Assembly (NCBI GenBank): GCA_027340875.1
Contig: DAIENX010000029.1
Location: forward strand, 1 to 18,211
Reading direction: 5' to 3'
Length of the DNA stretch: 18,211 nt
From: Elusimicrobiota bacterium
GTDB lineage: Bacteria; Elusimicrobiota; Elusimicrobia; Elusimicrobiales; UBA9959
Shown here in pieces: positions 14,577 to 18,211 of this stretch. Below the pieces are notes generated by a model. It was not told the origin of the DNA and did no database searches. It saw nothing but the letters and a program-made list of their open reading frames with translations. Every line of letters begins with the position of its first letter. Position 1 is the first letter of the stretch. The position numbers and the translations under genes are program-made.

Positions 14577-16426
14577 GTGGCCTCCTGCGCGCGCGCTCCG
14601 GCCGGCGCGGCCGTGGAGGGCGCCGGCGGCTCACCCTGGGCCGGCCTGGCCTGCTTTCCAGGGAGATCGCTCCTGAGCACCGCCTCTATGACGGCCTTGG
14701 CTATCGGAGCGGCGGCCGAGGCGCCGTGCTCGCCGTGTTCCACCAGCACGGCCACGGCCACCCGTGAGGGTTCTCCGTTAACGGTGGCGTATGAAACGAA
14801 CCAGGCGTGGTCCTTGCCGTGCGGATTCTGCGCGGTGCCGGTCTTGCCGTAGACCTCCGCTCCCTTGATCTGGGCCGCGCGGCCCGTCCCCTCGTCCACC
14901 ACGCTGTGCAGGCCTTCCCTTATCAGGGCCCACGTGCTGTCCTTTAGCCTCACCTCGCCGGTGATCTCCGGCTTGGAGCGCTTCATCACCTGGCCGTCTC
15001 CCCGTACGATGCGGTCGACGTAGTACGGCCTGTGTAAGACGCCGCCGTTGGCCACCGCGGCTATCATGTCCGCGGCCTGCATCGGGGTGACCAGCGTTTC
15101 GCCCTGGCCTATGGCCAGGTTCAGAGTGTCGCCTATGAACCAGTAGCTCTTCTTGTCGGCCCGCTGGCTCGGACCGAAGACGTTGCCCGACCTCTCGTCC
15201 GGCAGGGAGATGCCGGACGGCCGGCCCAGGCCGAAGGCGCGCTCGTATTTCTCTATCGCGAGCGCGCCCGCCCGCTGGCCCATCGTGTAATAATAGACGT
15301 CGCAGGACTTGGCCAGGCCCTCTATGAAATCCACGTTGCCGTGGCCCTTCTTCTCCCAGCATTTGAAGATCCTGCTGCCGGCGTCGTACCAGCCCGGGCA
15401 GAAGACCCGTTCGGAAGGATCGACACGGCCGCTCTCGAGTATGGCCGCGGAGGTAATGACCTTGAAGATGGAGCCGGGCGGGTAGGTGCCCTGCAACGCC
15501 ACGTTGAACTCCGGCAGCACTTCGCCGGCGGCCAGCCCCTCCTTCTCCGAGCCGGACATAACGAACATGTTGGGATCGTAGTCCGGCATCGACGCGAAGG
15601 CGAGCACCGCGCCGGTGCGCGGGTCCAGGGCCACCACGGCGCCCTTGCCGCTGACGGACTTCTTCAGGCCTTCCTCGGCCGCGGCTTGCGCCTTGGAATC
15701 TATCGTCAGGTAGATATCAGCCCCAGGAGACCATTTGCGGCTCTCGAGCACCCGGTTCAGCTTGCCGCGGGAATCCACCTCTAGGTAGATGCCGCCGTCC
15801 TTGCCCTTCAGCTCCTTCTCGTACATCTTCTCCAGCCCGGCCTTGCCGAGGCGCGAATCCATAGAATAGGTCTTGTCCCCGGAGAGGCGTGCCCAGTCCC
15901 GGGAGTCCATCTTGCCTATGTAGCCGACGAGATGGCTGAGGTACGCGCCGAACGGATAGTAGCGCCTGGCCTCGACGATAATGTCTATGCCGGGGTAGAC
16001 CGCCTTCAGCTCGGACAGAGACAGCATCACCTTGGACGGCAGGTTCTCTGCCAGACGCACCGGCGTCTCCCTGGTCGCGGCCCTGGTTATCGTCCGGCGG
16101 AGGTCCTCGAAGTCGGCGCGCAGCGGGCCGGCGAGGGACCGCGCCATGCGGTCCAGCTCCGGCCCCGGCTTGGTCTGCCCGGGGAAATAGATGAGGCTGA
16201 AGGAAGGCTTGCTGGTGGCGATGGCCTCTCCGTCCGCCGCGTAGATGCGGCCGCGCGGGGCGGTCTGGCTGATGACCTGCGTGCGGTTCTTCTCGGCGAG
16301 CTCCCTGTAGTAGGAGCCTCCTATGACCTGCAGGCTTATGAGGCGGACGATGAAGATCAGCGCGGCGGAAGAGGCCAGCACCCAGAGGAGGTCCAGCCTT
16401 TCCTGCGAGGTCTGGCTGTCCCTCAT
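14573..16426 (-). CDS. mrdA: Penicillin-binding protein 2 (class B transpeptidase)
   Basis: N-terminal TM, APRGRI, RYYP, GKAGLEK, and catalytic motifs PGSIFK (SxxK), SCD (SxN/D), KTGT. Lies in the mre operon. Confidence 0.96.
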   Translation of the reverse strand: MRDSQTSQERLDLLWVLASSAALIFIVRLISLQVIGGSYYRELAEKNRTQVISQTAPRGRIYAADGEAIATSKPSFSLIYFPGQTKPGPELDRMARSLAGPLRADFEDLRRTITRAATRETPVRLAENLPSKVMLSLSELKAVYPGIDIIVEARRYYPFGAYLSHLVGYIGKMDSRDWARLSGDKTYSMDSRLGKAGLEKMYEKELKGKDGGIYLEVDSRGKLNRVLESRKWSPGADIYLTIDSKAQAAAEEGLKKSVSGKGAVVALDPRTGAVLAFASMPDYDPNMFVMSGSEKEGLAAGEVLPEFNVALQGTYPPGSIFKVITSAAILESGRVDPSERVFCPGWYDAGSRIFKCWEKKGHGNVDFIEGLAKSCDVYYYTMGQRAGALAIEKYERAFGLGRPSGISLPDERSGNVFGPSQRADKKSYWFIGDTLNLAIGQGETLVTPMQAADMIAAVANGGVLHRPYYVDRIVRGDGQVMKRSKPEITGEVRLKDSTWALIREGLHSVVDEGTGRAAQIKGAEVYGKTGTAQNPHGKDHAWFVSYATVNGEPSRVAVAVLVEHGEHGASAAAPIAKAVIEAVLRSDLPGKQARPAQGEPPAPSTAAPAGARAQEAT

Positions 16427-16902
16427 AGGACGTGCAGCCGCCGTTTCGCCCGGTAGAACAGCTGGAACACCGCCGGCACCGCCAGCGCGTTCAGGAAAGG
16501 TTCCGCCAGGAAAATTTTAAGCCCTGTAGGGTTTATCCTGGCGAAGGCCAGGCTCAAACCCATGTAGAAAAGCATGCTGATCCAGGAAAGGGAAACGGAA
16601 GCCACCAGCTGCGAGAAGAAGCTGTCCATGTCGAACTGGCGTTTCACCAGGTGGACGATGTACGCCATCAGCGTGTAGGTGAGGGCGTAGGCGCCCAGCG
16701 GGCCGGAGCCGAGCATGTCGGCGTACAGGCCCAGGAAGAAGCCCCAGGCTATGCCCTTGACCGGCCCGGCCAGTATCGCGGCGCTGAGCGCGGCGGCGAA
16801 GATGAAGTCGGGGGCCAGTCCGAAAAAGGAGAGGTTCTGCGTCCACCACCAGTAGAAGACGCCGGTGCCCAGGTAGATGAGTATCTCCAGCAGCAGGGTC
16901 AT
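16423..16902 (-). CDS. mreD: Rod shape-determining protein MreD
   Basis: 159-aa polytopic membrane protein with PDF and GFFLGLYADML...LGAYAL. Lies between mreC and mrdA with ATGA overlaps. Confidence 0.9.
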   Translation of the reverse strand: MTLLLEILIYLGTGVFYWWWTQNLSFFGLAPDFIFAAALSAAILAGPVKGIAWGFFLGLYADMLGSGPLGAYALTYTLMAYIVHLVKRQFDMDSFFSQLVASVSLSWISMLFYMGLSLAFARINPTGLKIFLAEPFLNALAVPAVFQLFYRAKRRLHVL

Positions 16903-17756
16903 TGGGGCCTCCCCTCCTGCTCGGAGAACTCGCGGGGGAGCTTACGGCGGACGACGTACACTTCCTTCAGCGTGTTGACGTTCACCAGCGGCTGAACTTC
17001 GGCGGTGATGAAGTTCATCGAGGATTCGCGGGGATAGATCTTGGTCACGGTCCCGACAGGCAATCCGGCCGGGAAAAGGATGCCGACCTTGGCGGTCACC
17101 AGCTCCGCCCCCTCGGTCAGACCCGATTCCTCGGGCACGTAGTTCATCTTCAGCCGCCAGGTCCCGCGGCCCTCCACCAGCGCCTCCATGCCGGCCGGCG
17201 CTATCGAACAGACCGCCGAGGCCGACGGGTTGGTCAGCAGCAGCACTTTCGAGAACTTGGGATAGACCTCGAAGACCCGGCCGGCCAGGCCCGCCTTCTC
17301 GCCCTGCAGGCCGAGCACGGTGTCGTTGACCGCGATCCCGTCGTCGGAACCCTTGTCTATGAAGAAGGAGCCGTACCAGTCGGAAGGGTCCTTGTTGATA
17401 ACGCGCGCCCAGGCCCCGGCCCACGGCAGGTACCTGGACAGGCGCATCGCCGCGGCCAGGCGCTCGTTGTCGGCCTCTATCACGGCGGCCCGCTGCAGCT
17501 GCAGCTCGAGCTCCTTGTTCCTGGCGCGCAGCGTCCTGTTCTCCTGGTCCGTCTCCAGCAGCGACACTATGTTGGACGGCACGTTGCGGACGAAATGGGC
17601 GTACTTGGCCCCGTAGTGCAGGGACGGGTAAAGGCTGTAGCTGGCGACGATACGGGCCGTGTGGGCCAGGCGGGAAGCGGGGAAAAGGAGGAGGAGGACC
17701 GACAGAACGGCGAAGGAAATTAAAGCGTAATTGGCGGCGTCTTTCTCTCTGCTCAT
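16899..17756 (-). CDS. mreC: Rod shape-determining protein MreC
   Basis: N-terminal TM, coiled coil (ENRTLRARNKELE...DNERL), ARVI, IDKGSDDGI, GLAGRV, SKVLLL, FPAGLPVG. Confidence 0.95.
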   Translation of the reverse strand: MSREKDAANYALISFAVLSVLLLLFPASRLAHTARIVASYSLYPSLHYGAKYAHFVRNVPSNIVSLLETDQENRTLRARNKELELQLQRAAVIEADNERLAAAMRLSRYLPWAGAWARVINKDPSDWYGSFFIDKGSDDGIAVNDTVLGLQGEKAGLAGRVFEVYPKFSKVLLLTNPSASAVCSIAPAGMEALVEGRGTWRLKMNYVPEESGLTEGAELVTAKVGILFPAGLPVGTVTKIYPRESSMNFITAEVQPLVNVNTLKEVYVVRRKLPREFSEQEGRPQ

Positions 17757-17782
17757 CGCCAGTCCCCCGGGGGGACCCTCCT
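17757..17782 (-). promoter_or_regulatory. Shine-Dalgarno (AGGAGG) separated from the mreC start by a GC hairpin
   Basis: Minus strand AGGAGG (17782-17777), GTCCCC-CCG-GGGGAC (17776-17762), TGGCG, ATG (17756). Confidence 0.5.
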
Positions 17783-17811
17783 GGAACCGCGGCCGGCCGG
17801 GAGGCCGGACG

Positions 17812-18211
17812 TCAGCGGTACGAGTTCAGGGATTCGGGCCGCTGGATCTTGTCCAGCTCTTCCAGGTATTTTCCGCAGCCCAAGGCGACGCAGCTCAAAG
17901 GATCGGCAGCCCTATGGACGGGGAGCTCTGTCTCCTGGCGGATCAGCTCCGGGAAACCGCGCAGCAGCGAACCGCCGCCGGCCAGCACCATGCCGCGGTC
18001 AACCAGATCGGAGGAAAGCTCCGGCGGGGTGGCCTCCAGCACTTGCTTTATCACGTCCACTATCAGCTGAACAGGCTCCATCAGGGCCTGCCTTATCTCT
18101 TCCGATGTCACAAGAATCGTCTTGGGCAGCCCCTTGGCCTGGTCCCTGCCCTTCACTTCTATGGTCTTCTCCTCTTTCAGCGGGAAGACCGAACCTATCT
18201 GTATCTTGACC
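17812..18211 (-). CDS. mreB: Actin-like rod shape-determining protein MreB, 5' part outside the window
   Basis: Frame is open to the window edge: VKIQIGSVFP...EVKGRD...GLPK...TPPELSSDLVDRGMVLAGGGSLLRG...ADPLSCVALG. Upstream of mreC. Confidence 0.97.
   Translation of the reverse strand, partial: VKIQIGSVFPLKEEKTIEVKGRDQAKGLPKTILVTSEEIRQALMEPVQLIVDVIKQVLEATPPELSSDLVDRGMVLAGGGSLLRGFPELIRQETELPVHRAADPLSCVALGCGKYLEELDKIQRPESLNSYR

Noticed and set aside
12919..14634. 571-aa minus-strand alternative-frame ORF over rodA, and other Arg/Gly/Pro-rich alternative frames
   Set aside because: Off-frame readings of GC-rich genes with low-complexity R/P/G/A composition and no domain signal.

Overview
High-GC bacterial chromosomal segment in which every real gene is on the minus strand. 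Gene order and frequent ATA codons suggest Elusimicrobiota, but this is an unverified inference. In transcription order (right to left): mreB (5'-truncated), mreC, mreD, mrdA (PBP2), rodA, a DUF2344/TIGR03936 'radical SAM-linked' protein, an RNase G/E family gene, N-acetylmuramoyl-L-alanine amidase, murI and a secreted hypothetical. Next is a tightly coupled unit of an orphan HicA-like gene, a lipoprotein, a ComB-like phosphatase, queC and queE. A 128-bp structured inverted-repeat element, a small CPCC/coiled-coil protein and a terminator follow. Then come a terminator-bounded, probably leaderless secreted phospholipase D gene and hpt-ftsH-cdaA (cdaA is 3'-truncated and missing from the ORF track). 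Most of this is core cell-envelope and housekeeping content. The most unusual parts lie at 4.7-8.1 kb: an antitoxin-less HicA with the catalytic His replaced by Tyr heading a queC/queE unit, and an unannotated multi-hairpin element after queE. A stand-alone DUF2344 gene and a hairpin-split ribosome-binding site before mreC also stand out. I see no CRISPR array, rRNA, tRNA or transposase.
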